Positions 22,417 through 34,994 of a stretch of DNA of 64,000 bases are shown here, in pieces. The translations under genes and the position numbers were made by a program. Numbering within the stretch: position 1 is the first letter of the stretch; each line of letters begins with the position of its first letter. The notes below the pieces were generated by a model. It made no database searches, had not been told where the DNA came from, and saw nothing but the letters and a program-made list of their open reading frames with translations. Origin of the DNA: Psammoneis japonica (Eukaryota); NCBI GenBank assembly GCA_008632985.1, contig QPGO01000024.1, positions 186,001 through 250,000 on the forward strand. Direction: 5' to 3'.

Positions 22417-24351
22417 AACGGAGAATATGGCTACCAACAGGCAGCGCCGGAGAAACTAGAGACGTCGTTACCTGATGATTCAAAGGCCCCCCCCGCTCTA
22501 CCAGAAGGGTGGACAGAGTATTTCGATGCCGGGAGTGGACAACCGTACTACTACAATGCCGCTGATGGCACGACAACATGGGATCGCCCTGTTGTTGAGT
22601 CCTCCGATACTGCTTTTGAGCAAAAGGAGGAGAGCATGCCGTCGTCGCCGGACGGACCAGAAACACCTCCTACCGAAGAGCAGGAAACAGATGCGAAGCC
22701 ACAGGAACACGAAAAACCTGCGATGGTTGCCGATGAGATGCCCCCCAACGAAAACAGATTGGCTGAGAGCGCATCCTATGAGGGTCATGGAGAAAAGCAG
22801 CGACAATTGCAGCAGCCTGAAGTACTCGAGGAAATCCCGATTGATCAGGTACCGCACGATGCATTTGACGGCAGACAGCAGCAGCGGCAAGAGCAGCCTT
22901 GGGGCATCTCACGACAGAATGCAAACCAGCACGAGCCTTGGGGAGTAAAACGTCAAGAACTGCCGCATGACCCAAGATGGGGGGCTCCTAAACAGGACAG
23001 CGACACCTCTTCTCCGCCGATTCAACAAAGGGGTCCCCCAGGGGATAGGCAGCAGTGGCCTTCTGCCGCAGATCCTTCCCAAAAGGAAAAGGAAGAGGGC
23101 GTCAGCAAGCCTTGGGCAGGAGCTGGCGAGGGTGCTCCAGAAGGAGTAGAATCTCGTCCTACATGGGGGGAAGAGAAGTCAGCTCACGCAAACCCGCACT
23201 CTGTCTTTCAACAGCGGCAGCAATCGCAGGAGGTACCACAAGCGGACGCGCAGCCTGCACTTTGGCAATTACCTCGTCAGCAAGGTATAGACCAGGAGCA
23301 GAAGCCGCCACGACAACCGCAGCTGCAGCAGCCGCAGCAGCAACAAGATCCACAACAGCAACAGCAGCAACAACTTTCTCATCAGAGATCACCGGAGCTT
23401 CAGCAACGACGTCCACTGACGCAACAACATCATGTGCAGCAAATGCCACAGGAACAGCAAAAACATTACCCTCACTTTCAACAACAGCAACCAGGGTATG
23501 GCCAATATGGTACTCCGCCGGGACAGTCTGGGCAGTATGGACAATATGGCGGACCACCTCCTGGACAGTATGGCCATCCAGGCCAATATGGAGGCCCGCC
23601 CGGATACGGTCAACAGCATATGCAGCAGAATCAGTTGGTTGACCAGTCAAAAGCTGGTAGTGGTGCCGTAAAGGAGGCTCTCGGGAATGCTTGGAGTGGC
23701 ATTCTGGGGTTTCGAAACAAGACAAAGGAGGTGGTAGGGCAGGCGAAGGATACAGTTGTATCAAGCGCGGCAGCTGCTGGCCAGTCCATCAGCACGAAAA
23801 GTACCGGTACGATGCAACGAAAGCCATGACGTAACGGTGGTTGCGATATCGTATCTCAACTTGTTTGCTCTTCCGCGCTTAATCAAACAGGTATTTTTGA
23901 ACAGGCAAAATCGACTCTCGGATCTGTCTTTGAGTCCAACCAAGAGAAGAAGCCTCCTTATTCTTTGTCAGGGCACCAGTCTGGGCCACCTGGATATGGC
24001 CGCCCTCCACCTCAACAAGGCTATCCGCCACAACAGTATGGTGGTTATCCTCCTGGCTATGGTCCGCCACAAGCTCGAGGCGATCCTTCATATCCACACA
24101 TGCCGACGCATGCGCAGAGTCAGCCACCCATGCAGAGTCAGTATGGTGGAGCTCCTCAAGGATATCCACCCCAGATGTATCCCCCGAGACAGCAGTCTCA
24201 ACCTGGGGGACCGCCTAACCCTTCTCAGCCCGATACTCAGACAGCGCAACCAGGACATCCCCATCAGCCTCAACAGGTTCCTCCCCAAAACCAGAGGCAG
24301 AACCAGGAGAGAGATGCTTGGCAGCACCCCGGATTATCTGGAGACTACTAG
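22210..24351 (+). CDS. Gln/Pro-rich WW-domain protein with signal-peptide-like N-terminus (exons 22210-23806, 23891-24351)
   Basis: LPEGWTEYFDAGSGQPYYYNAADGTTTWDRP WW domain; polyQ; GQY and PPGY repeats; GT-AG intron. Confidence 0.85.
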
Positions 24352-26726
24352 CTGTGTCGCTAAGGCACGCGCATTCTTTTCTGAAGCCGGAGCAACCCCG
24401 CAAAAGGACGTCACTTTTTCTTAACGAATGCTATTTACAAACATATCTTCAGGTCTCATCGATAGATCATGCTAAGAAAATACCTCATTCTCATCTTACA
24501 TCGTTGTCAAAGTGACACTTATATCGGCTTAGAACTTGTCCTCCCACTGGAAGTCGTTGCTTTTCTTCCTTGATTCCGACCCGCCACATAAGCGCACTCG
24601 TGTCACGCGTGAAGGGCAGGTGGGAATGCCAAGCCACTAGCTCTGTCTCACGCCGGCTGTGTTCCTCAAATGTCTGTGATGCACCAGTGGCACAGAACTC
24701 ATGACACACTTTAGCTGGGCCTTCCTGGGAAAGACTGGGAACTCATTCATCCTACCATCATGGAGTTCTGAGGGTCATCATCACTTTCAGCCGACTGACT
24801 GAGTGGACAAACAACTTGATGGGTCCACAAAGAACTCTGCCACTTGACAAGAGGCATCTCAAATGTTGTGATTCATTGTGTGGTGAGGCAACCAAAAAGA
24901 TTCAGTGGGCTGTGAACTCACCAAATCTCAGAGTTTGGTGTGCAGTTGATGCATCATTCTTGTGCAACAGAAAATCACAGAATGCAACTGCTTGGCAAGA
25001 GGCATGTCACATGATGCTGTGGTGGCTCCACATGACAAGGCAACCAACTGAAAAGATTTAGAGGTGAGTTGCAGAGTTCAACATGGTGTTTGTTGCTTTC
25101 ACCTTGACCAGACCACTTTCCTGAAATTAAGAAAAAGAAACAAATGACTGTGGCAGGAGCCCCTCCAGTTTTCAAACTGCTGTTCTTTTCATTGGCAAAA
25201 ACCAGAGCAAGGTTGCAGCAGCAGTTGTGACCAGACATCATGTGCTGCAAAGGTGAGAGATGGAACCTCACTTTAGATCAGCACGCAGCAACACGCAACA
25301 TCAAAAACAACTCATCACACACCTGCTTGCACAAGCTCCACCCACTTGCTCTGCTGGCATGCACAAATGTGGTTGCCAGAGATCAAGACAGCCAGAACAA
25401 GCTGATGGGGGATGTGCAAAAGTTGAAACAAGAGAAATGTCTGTGGACAATGTCAAGACAAGTGCCTGGCATTGGATTGAGTCACCTCTTAAAACAAGAA
25501 GTGGAAGAAGAGCACCCTCTTGACAACTTCACTCAGTGCTTGTGCAGCTGATCAAAAGCAAAAGGCTGTGCAGAGCACACAGCACAAGGCACAAGGCATA
25601 AAAGCAATGCCTTGCTGCATGTTTGCCAGGCATCTGCTGCTGCTGATGCCAACTTTGGCTGGCCTTGACATCCTCCTGTGTGCGTTCTTGCCCACAGGAT
25701 GATCGGCTGGTCTGTGCTGGGGGAGTGTGCAAGCCACCAGCCTCCTGTCAGAGAGTTGTGCCATGTGCTTGGTGTCAACACAGTGGTGCCAAAAAGATGA
25801 TTTTTGCCTTCTGCGTAAACTCCCCTGCCCTCCTCACAAAAAACTCTGCCACACAAACTCTGCTGTGCCACTCACAAACTCCAGCCTGCCCTCTGTTCAC
25901 ACACTCTCCCTCAACCCACTCTCTCACACCACACAACCTCCACAAACTTTGGCGCTGTTCCCTTACAAGCTCCACCCACTTGCCCCAAACTCTGCAAGCT
26001 CATGAGCTTTGGCTGCCTGCAGACTCTGTCACTTGCTGGCTCTGTCCTCTCACAAGCTTTGCCTGTTCACAAACTCTCAGCCTGCTCACAAGCTCCTCAA
26101 CCACCAAACTGGTGCTTGCAAACATTCCACCCATTGACAGTGCTGAATGAACACCCTGTTCACGCACAAGCAACTTGTCAAGAGTGGCACTTTAGTCCTC
26201 AAAAAATGCCACACTGCCAAGAGGCCATGGCTCATGACCACAAATGGCCACCCAACAGCATCGTGCTTGCAGCTCGTGCAGCCACACCAGACAAATGGTG
26301 TTGCTCAAGATTTTCTCTGTTGTGCCACAGAACATGTGCCGTGGCGCAGCCCAAATGCAGAACATTTTGGGTGGAAAGTGGTTGGAATGGTTCAGGCAAT
26401 GGTGGGCAAGTGCTTCCAAAGAGCAAGAGATCAACAACACAACACAACTGCACTGCTGGCATCCCCTCCACCCATGGGCCAGTTCTGCCCATCTGCCCCC
26501 AGCCACAAGAGGACGTTGTGGTGGTGTGGCATGTTGGTCAACCTGCTCCCCAAGAAGAGCCAGGAGCAGGCCACAACCATGGCAGATGCGGGCAGATGCT
26601 CTTCTGGGGCCCTGGTGTCTGCAGCTGTGGGGCCCTGGTGGCTAGCTCCACCCTGGAGCGAGAGAAAGAGAGAGAGAGAGAGAGGTCACCCAGCCGCTCC
26701 ATCCATCGCGCACCAAAGGTGCATTG
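22949..26726 (+). repeat. Segmental duplication, copy 1 (about 3.78 kb)
   Basis: Colinear with 31083-34862 (offset about 8134). Confidence 0.97.
24660..26580. repeat. Old TpA-depleted repeat relic inside the duplication (unclassified)
   Basis: Very few TA or CG in either copy. Confidence 0.6.
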
Positions 26727-27226
26727 GGGTGTCCTGGCACGCGCGCTGGTTGGTTGGTTGGTTGGCTTGTGGAGGGAATCCTGAGGGAATTCTGCCAAAT
26801 TTGTCTCGCTCGCGGGAGGATGCCTCGCACAGTGTGGTTCGCAACTCAGACTTTTCAGTCTTACGGACCAGCCGCAGCCGCTGCATGAAAACACACCAAA
26901 AAAACCAACCGCAGGGGCTGCAGTAAAAATCAGTGCTCACATTCAGTCCCGGATTTCTCGTTTTTGTCGCTCCAGAAAATGACAAAAAAAAGAGCTGCGA
27001 GGTTCTGCCCAGCACCAACTGCAACATTTGTTGTGCACACGTGGCCCACTTCGACCTGCTTGACGAATGTAAATGTTCAAAATGCACATTTGTATGAGAG
27101 AAAGCGAACTGTGTCAGATTTGTCGTAGTGCCACCAACAAGCTGCCGGCACATGACGATCTGCCACCAAACTCACAAAATTTCTGGAAGGCGCAACGGTG
27201 GTGACTGAGGCCCGTTTTAATCAACC

Positions 27227-28980
27227 ATGAGTCGTCAAGCCACTGTCGGCGTCACTGCCAGGCGTCGAGCCACCGTTGCCCCGCCAGGTGGAGGAGACGA
27301 AGAACGATCCGTGCACCAACATCTCGCAAGAAGCAACTCGTCTTCTTCTGTCAGCAGCATCGAGAGTTTGCCAAACATGCCAAGAGTGTTTAACTCACCT
27401 CCACCATTCACTGACACACATTGGTCCGACGTTGACACGGATGACGAGTCTGAAGAAGGGCACAATCCTCCACCCGTTGGGGATCCGGGTGTTTGCAGTG
27501 GCAAAGACAGAGAGGGCGACAACGAATCCCTCAAATGTCGTTGCCCAATCGCTGGGCGATTTGCCACCAGAAAGCCCGTCAAATGGCTGGGTCAAGTGCA
27601 CGAAGAGCAACAGCTTGAGCAGCATTTTCAGGATTGTCGTGTTCGAAGGGGGTTGGGTGATTTTGCAGTGAATCTGCTCACTGGTGGACAAGTGCTTTCT
27701 TTGATCCATCCTGTCTGCCATGACGACACGGATCTGTGGAAAAACCAAGCCAAGATTGCCAAAAAAGGTCACATGTTGCACAAGTGTCGTCGTGAAAAAT
27801 GGCAACGCGAACAAACCGAGGGAGCACGTTTGTAAGCGGCGGATGCGGCTTCAACTGTGACGCCGACAGATGGCGCATCCGACACTGCTGCTGCCGACAC
27901 CGCTGCTGCCGTCACTCCTCATCGCAACGGCACTCAAGGCATGCCCCGACTTGGTGATTTTCTTGCAAATGATGCAGGAAAGCGGGCTTTGACTGCCATG
28001 CTTAGAGAAGCTAAGATGGCCGGCTGGGACCAATCGCTGGGGTGCGGTCGATGCACCGCTTGGCTTGCCGTCCGTCATCCTGTTTGGATCAACCGAGCAC
28101 AACGTGGCATTTTGTCTCAGTGAGCAATGTGTTGAATGCATTGTCATTTCCGTTGTGTCATTGCCATGCAATGTCTAATGTGTTGTTTGTTTTCATTTTT
28201 GTGTGATGCAGATTTCACCCATTCAGCATCGCTCTCTTGCGTCGCAAGCTGAGTGCTGCTGAAGCTCGAATTAAGGCGGATTTCTGCCAACAGGGAGCGC
28301 ATGGCACCGATGAAAGTGGCGCTGTGGGGGAAAGTGAGTTTCCCCAACATGCAACACTTTTTTGTGAGCATTTCTCCTGGGTGGAGAATCGTCCTGACGG
28401 GCCAGCAGCAACAAGAGCGCGTCAGGATGCCAGGCGCCATGTTGAAAGGAGTGCCATTGGTGCCATGGTGCCTCTTGGTGGGAGTGATCAGACTCTCTGT
28501 ACCGAGCACTCTCATTCCAATCTTGGTCCAAACCAAGATGTTGCAAGCAGGAGCATGTCATCGGATCAAACCGAGGGGACGGAAAACATTGTCACTGCCA
28601 CCACTCCTGTGGATGCTGGCACTGGTGCTGCGAGAGCGAGTGGTCAGCGACGTGTCATTCATCGTGAGAGTGTCCCATTGCCCACGGGCATTGAGAATGC
28701 CATGATGGCATCTACACAAAATCTTCAGATGGGATTTGTGGAACTGGCAAGAGCGATTTCAAGCCCCCGTCAGCCACCTCCTCGCTCCATTTCTGATGTC
28801 CGCACCGAATTCACTCGGACGCGTCGTGCTCTGAGGGAGGCAGAAGACGACAATGATGAAAGGTCTGTTGGCTTTCTCAACAGGATGTTGGACTCCCTTG
28901 ACAGGGAAATGACACAGTCTTTTTCTGGATCTGTTGGCAGTGAGCGCGGTGAAAATGCCGATGCCGAAAATGTGGAGCAG
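27227..28980 (+). pseudogene. Probable Harbinger accessory ORF2, TpA-mutated
   Basis: Coding-like frames 27227-27835 and 28237-28980 essentially without Tyr; position opposite the transposase fits the two-gene Harbinger layout. Confidence 0.5.
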
Positions 28981-29469
28981 TTTCGTTCGAGTCGCATGTG
29001 GTCGATTCGCTGCCATTGTGTGCGCTGGTTCTGGAGGATTGAATCCTCCAGCATTCGTCATGCTGTGGATTACATTGCAAATTCGAAACAACCGAGCATT
29101 AGCTTGTTGTCGTGTGCACTGATTCTGGAGGATTGGATCCTCCAAGATTCATCATGCTGCAGATGGTTGAGCGCACCGTTGTTTGCAATGGCAAAATGGT
29201 GACCATGGAACCCTTTCAAAAAATGTTGACACATCTGTTTAGCACATTCCTGCAGCAGACACACAAAACCTTGTCAGTGTTGTTCGCATCACACTTGACG
29301 ACACGACATGAACGACATGATGTGATGCCGGCACAATGTTGCGCAATTCCATGTGACACGACAGGATGCGTGCCGGCACAATGCAGTGCAACTCAATTCC
29401 TGCTAGACACACAAAAACACATCAGTGTTGTTTGTGTCATGCTTTGTGATGTGATGACAGCTGAAGAAA

Positions 29470-31005
29470 AAGCAAAGCCATTTTAAAAAAGAAAACTGTG
29501 GAAATTGGCATGTGTTGCCAAGATCCACCTGGGGCGCCGCCTCCAGGATCTCATCAAGCGGCAAGTGCGACTCGATGGAGGGAGGCAGCAACTCGAACAT
29601 GCTGCACACCGACGAGCCATTAAAACATGTGCAGCAGTTCATCAAGAAAAAAGACACAATGCACATTTTTAGTTTCTTGGGACCCGAGTTGTACAGCCAA
29701 AGCATGTCCCTGTCAAGAAAGACACGAAACAAATTGATGCGATTCGCGAGCAAGTGCTCGATGGACTCATGCATCGCCGCCATGCGGTGATTCAGATGTT
29801 CTTCTTCAGCCGTTGCATGGTTGAATTGTCCAAGCATTGTAGGGAGCAACTGAAAGATTGCGGCTGCACAAAGTGCAGGGAAATGGCCTCCCATGCGAGG
29901 CAGAATCCTCTCAAGGCACTCGCTCAAACCACTCAAATTAAGCATGCCATTGTCATTGACACTCAGTGTGGCCCCAAAGACACTTCCCATCATCCCATTG
30001 GAAAAAAGAACAACTTGAAACTTTAGTCCATGGGCTCAAAAGTGTCTGCTGTAGAATGCATGCTGGATGTCCACAATAATGTCAAACACTCGCCTTGCCT
30101 CGTCACCTGGTCTGGGAGTCTCCAATCCGCAGTCATCAATGAAGCCGAACATGCGCTGGTGCTCAAATTCCAAATGTGCAAAAACAAACTCACCCCTTCT
30201 TAAGCCATTGTCATGTTGAACTTCCTCTCGAGTTGCTCTAGAAACCAACCGGCGCCAGATTGCATGCCTGAATTCGTCAATGTGTGGCACCCACGCATCC
30301 ACAGATTTTCCAGATGTCTTGTGGTAGAACGTGTTGTGCAAGTGATCAATGAAACAGTCCATCGCCCAAGACCACCTTCTGGGGTCACCACCAAATCGTT
30401 CTGGTGTCATTCGAGTCCACTTGTCCCCCCGTCATCATCTTGCTCAGACAAACAACAAAAATCTCTTCACTCGTAAGAACACAGCAATTCGCAACCCTGA
30501 CGCGACCTTCTGGAAAGCGAAGATGGCGATGCAACAGCCTTAGCTGAGCCTTTGTAAGCCGAGTCCATTCACAGCAATTGGTCTCAGACAACGAATCGAT
30601 TGTCCGGTTTCTCACTGGTGTTCTTTCAGGAGGCGGTCAGTTGCGTGTTGAGCTCGTCACGCATTCACGCCATCCTGCAAGGCAGCTTGTGGTCAGTCCA
30701 AAATAGAGCTGAAGCACCGCAAACACAAAGAAAAGAACTTGGTCAATGACATCATTGCTTGAAAGGATGTCATCGCCACCCCAGAAAACCAAAGCAATGA
30801 TGGCTGCAATTCGGGCAATCAATTCCTGCGTCGTCGTAAAGTTGAAATAAAAGAGACGTCTCAACAGTAGAACGGTGAGGACATCACGTTGAGACAGGGC
30901 ATCATGCCGATGCCTCCAGTTCGTGCGCCGATGCACATTGCGATGAATGATGTGATCGTCAGCATCTTCTCGGTGTCGACGCCGAGAGCGCCTTTGCCGA
31001 GGCAT
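29470..31005 (-). pseudogene. PIF/Harbinger DDE transposase pseudogene
   Basis: MFGFIDDC, QHAFYS, HGLKFQVVLFPNGMMGSVFG, NDNGMLNLSGL, LNHRMAAMHESIEH; frameshifts and stops. Confidence 0.8.
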
Positions 31006-31082
31006 GCGGCACGTAAGAGGTGACGAAAACAACACCGTTGCGAATGTTTGATGTGATTCATTTTTTTTTGTGACCATCGAGG

Positions 31083-32485
31083 AACGTCAAGAACTGCCGC
31101 ATGACCCAAGATGGGGGGCTCCCAAACAGGACAAAGACACCTCTTCACCGCCGATTCAACAAAGGGGTCCCCCAGGGGACAGGCAGCAGTGGCCTTCTGC
31201 CGCAGATCCTTCCCAAAAGGAAAAGGAAGAGGGCGTCAGCAAGCCTTGGGCAGGAGCTGGCGAGGGTGCTCCAGAAGGAGCAGAATCTCGTCCTGCATGG
31301 GGGGAAGAGAAGTCAGCTCACACAAACCCGCACTCTGTCTTTCAACAGCGGCAGCAATCGCAGGAGGTGCCACAAGCGGACGCGCAGCCTGCACTTTGGC
31401 AATTGCCTCGTCAGCAAGGTGTAGACCAGGAGCAGAAGCCGCCACGACAACCGCAGCTGCAGCAGCTGCAGCAGCAACAAGATCCACAACAGCAATGGCA
31501 GCAACAACTTTCTCATCAGAGATCACCGGAGCTTCAGCAACGACGTCCACTGACGCAACAACATCATGTGCAGCAAATGCCACAGGAACAGCAAAAACAT
31601 TGCCCTCACTTTCAACAACAGCAACCAGGGTGTGGCCAATGTGGCACTTTGCCGGGACAGTCTGGGCAGCATGGACAACATGGCGGACCACCTCCTGGAC
31701 AGCATGGCCATCCAGGCCAACATGGAGGCCCGCCCGGATGCGGCCAACAGCATGTGCAGCAGAATCAGTTGGTTGACCAGTCAAAAGCTGGCAGTGGTGC
31801 CGTAAAGGAGGCTCTTGGGAATGCTTGGAGTGGCATTCTGGGGTTTCGAAACAAGACAAAGGAGGTGGCAGGGCAGGCGAAGGATGCAGTTGTGTCAAGC
31901 ATGGCAGCTGCTGGCCAGTCCATCAGCACAAAAAGCACCGGTGCGATGCAACGAAAGCCATGACGTAACGGTGGTTGCGATGTCGTATCTCAACTTGTTT
32001 GCTCTTCCGCGCTTGGTCAAACAGGTGTTTTTGAACAGGCAAAATCGACTCTCGGATCTGTCTTTGAGTCCAACCAAGAGAAGAAGCCTCCTCATTCTTT
32101 GTCAGGGCACCAGTCTGGGCCACCTGGACATGGCCGCCCTCCACCTCAACAAGGCTGTCCGCCACAACAGCATGGTGGTCATCCTCCTGGCTGTGGTCAG
32201 CCACAAGCTCGAGGCAGTCCTTCACATCCACACATGCCGACGCATGCACAGAGTCAGCCACCCATGCAGAGTCAGCATGGTGGAGCTCTTCAAGGACATC
32301 CACCCCAGATGTGTCCCCTGAGACAGCAGTCTCAACCTGGGGGACCGCCTGACCCTTCTCAGCCCGACACTCAGACAGCACAACCAGGACATCCCCATCA
32401 GCCTCAACAGGTTCCTCCCCAAAACCAGAGGCAGAACCAGGAGAGAGATGCTTGGCAGCACCCCGGATCATCTGGAGACTGCTGG
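31083..32485 (+). pseudogene. 5'-truncated, hypermutated copy of the WW-domain gene
   Basis: Lacks the start and WW domain; Tyr codons changed to His/Cys; stop TAG changed to TGG; intron retained. Confidence 0.95.
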
Positions 32486-34862
32486 CTGTGTCGCCAAGGC
32501 ATGCGCATTCTTTTCTAAAGCCAGAGCAACCCCGCAAAAGGACGTCACTTTTTCTTGACGAATGCCATTTGCAAACATGTCTTCAGGTCTCATCGACAGA
32601 TCATGCCAAGAAAATGCCTCATTCTCATCTTACATTGTTGTCAAAGTGACACTCATGTCGGCTTAGAACTTGTCCTCCCACTGGAAGTCGTTGCTTTTCT
32701 TCCTTGATTCCGACCCGCCACACAAGCGCACTCGTGTCACGCGTGAAGGGCAGGTGGGAATGCCAAGCCACTGGCTCTGTCTCACGCCGGCTGTGTTCCT
32801 CAAATGTCTGTGATGCACCAGTGGCACAGAACTCATGACACACTTTAGCTGGGCCTTGCTGGGAAAGACTGGGAACTCATTCATCCTGCCATCATGGAGT
32901 TCTGAGGGTCATCATCACTTTCAGCCGACTGACTGAGTGGACAAACAACTTGATGGGTCCACAAAGAACTCCGCCACTTGACAAGAGGCATCTCAAATGT
33001 TGTGATTCATTGTGTGGTGAGGCAACCAAAAAGATTCAGTGGGCTGTGAACTCACCAAATCTCAGAGTTTGGTGTGCAGTTGATGCATCATTCTTGTGCA
33101 ACAGAAAATCACAGAATGCAACTGCTTGGCAAGAGGCATGTGTCACATGATGCTGTGGTGGCTCCACATGACAAGGCAACCAACTGAAAAGATTCAGAGG
33201 TGAGTTGCAGAGTTCAACATGGTGTTTGTTGCTTTCACCTTGACCAGACCACTTTCCTGAAATTAAGAAAAAGAAACAAATGACTGTGGCAGGAGCCCCT
33301 CTAGTTTTCAAACTGCTGTTCTTTTCATTGGCAAAAACCAGAGCAAGGTTGCAGCAGCAGTTGTGACCAGACATCATGTGCTGCAAAGGTGAGAGATGGA
33401 ACCTCACTTTAGATCAGCACGCAGCAACACGCAACATCAAAAACAACTCATCACACACCTGCTTGCACAAGCTCCAACCACTTGCTCTTCTGGCATGCAC
33501 AAACGTGGTTGCCAGAGATTGAGACAGCCAGAACAAGCTGATGGGATGTGCAAAAGTTGAAACAAGAGAAATGTCTGTGGACAATGTCAAGACAAGTGCC
33601 TGGCATTGGATTGAGTCACCTCTTAAAACAAGAAGTGGAAGAAGAGCACCCTCTTGACAACTTCACTCAGTGCTTGTGCAGCTGATCAAAAGCAAAAGGC
33701 TGTGCAGAGCACACAGCACAAGGCACAAGGCACAAAAGCAATGCCTTGCTGCATGTTTGCCAGGCATCTGCTGCTGCTGATGCCAACTTTGGCTGGCCTT
33801 GACATCCTCCTGTGTGCGTTCTTGCCCACAGGATGATCGGCTGGTCTGTGCTGGGGGAGTGTGCAAGCCACCAGCCTCCTGTCAGAGAGTTGTGCCATGT
33901 GCTTGGTGTCAACACAGTGGTGCCAAAAAGATGATTCTTGCCTTTTGCGTAAACCCCCCTGCCCTCCTCACAAAAAACTCTGCCACACAAACTCTGCTGT
34001 GCCACTCACAAACTCCAGCCTGCCCTCTGTTCACACACTCTCCCTCAACCCACTCTCTCACACCACACAACCTCCACAAACTTTGGCGCTGTTCCCTTGC
34101 AAGCTCCACCCACTTGCCCCAAACTCTGCAAGCTCATGAGCTTTGGCTGCCTGCAGACTCTGTTACTTGCTGGCTCTGTCCTCTCACAAGCTTTGCCTGT
34201 TCACAAACTCTCAGCCTGTTCACAAGCTCCTCAACCACCAAACTGGTGCTTGCAAACATTCCACCCATTGGCAGTGCTGAATGAACACCCTGTTAACGCA
34301 CGAGCAACTTGTCAAGAGTGGCACTTTAGTCCTCAAAAAATGCCACACTGCCAAGAGGCCATGGCTCATGACCACAAACAGCCACCCAACAGCATCGCGC
34401 TTGCAGCTCGTGCAGCCACACCAGCCAAATGGTGTTGCTCGAGATTTTCTCTGTTGTGCCACAGAACATGTGCCGTGGCGCAGCCCAAATGCAGAACATT
34501 TTGGGTGGAAAGTGGTTGGAATGGTTCAGGCAATGGTGGGCAAGTGCTTCCAAAGAGCAAGAGATCAACAACACAACACAACTGCACTGCTGGCATCCCC
34601 TCCACCCATGGGCCAGTTCTGCCCATCTGCCCCCAGCCACAAGAGGATGTTGTGGTGGTGTGGCATGTCGGTCAACCTGCTCCCCAAGAAGAGCCAGGAG
34701 CAGGCCACAACCATGGCAGATGCGGGCAGATGCTCTTCTAGGGCCCTGGTGTCTGCAGCTGTGGGGCCCTGGTGGCTACCGGCAGCTCTACCCTGGAGCG
34801 AGAGAAAGAGAGAGAGAGAGGTCACCCAGCCGCTCCATCCATCGCGCACCAACGGTGTATTG
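31083..34862 (+). repeat. Segmental duplication, copy 2 (TpA-hypermutated)
   Basis: Colinear with 22949-26726. Confidence 0.97.
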
Positions 34863-34994
34863 CGCGCACAGAAGTTGTGGCCTCTTGCCTCTTGATTCTT
34901 GATTGACGAAGGTAGTTTCCCTAACCAATATATAAAGAAGAAAGAAGAAATTCAAAATGGAAAGCTACTCATCTTGACGACGAACGACGACACG

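Larger units (their letters stand above)
26727..31082. mobile_element. Degenerate, one-end-truncated PIF/Harbinger DNA transposon
   Basis: Minus-strand DDE_Tnp_4-like fragments plus a convergent plus-strand second ORF; boundaries taken from the duplication junctions; no matching TIR pair seen. Confidence 0.75.

Noticed and set aside
31083..32774. Classical RIP or CpG methylation decay as the cause of divergence between the copies
   Set aside because: Both produce C-to-T. Reading the data as RIP would make the intact gene the mutated copy, gaining its Tyr codons and stop codon by chance. CpG changes are only a minority.
31083..32774. ADAR-like RNA editing fixed by retrotransposition
   Set aside because: Changes are strand-symmetric (27 versus 26), the intron and flanking DNA are retained, and DNA transposons are equally affected.
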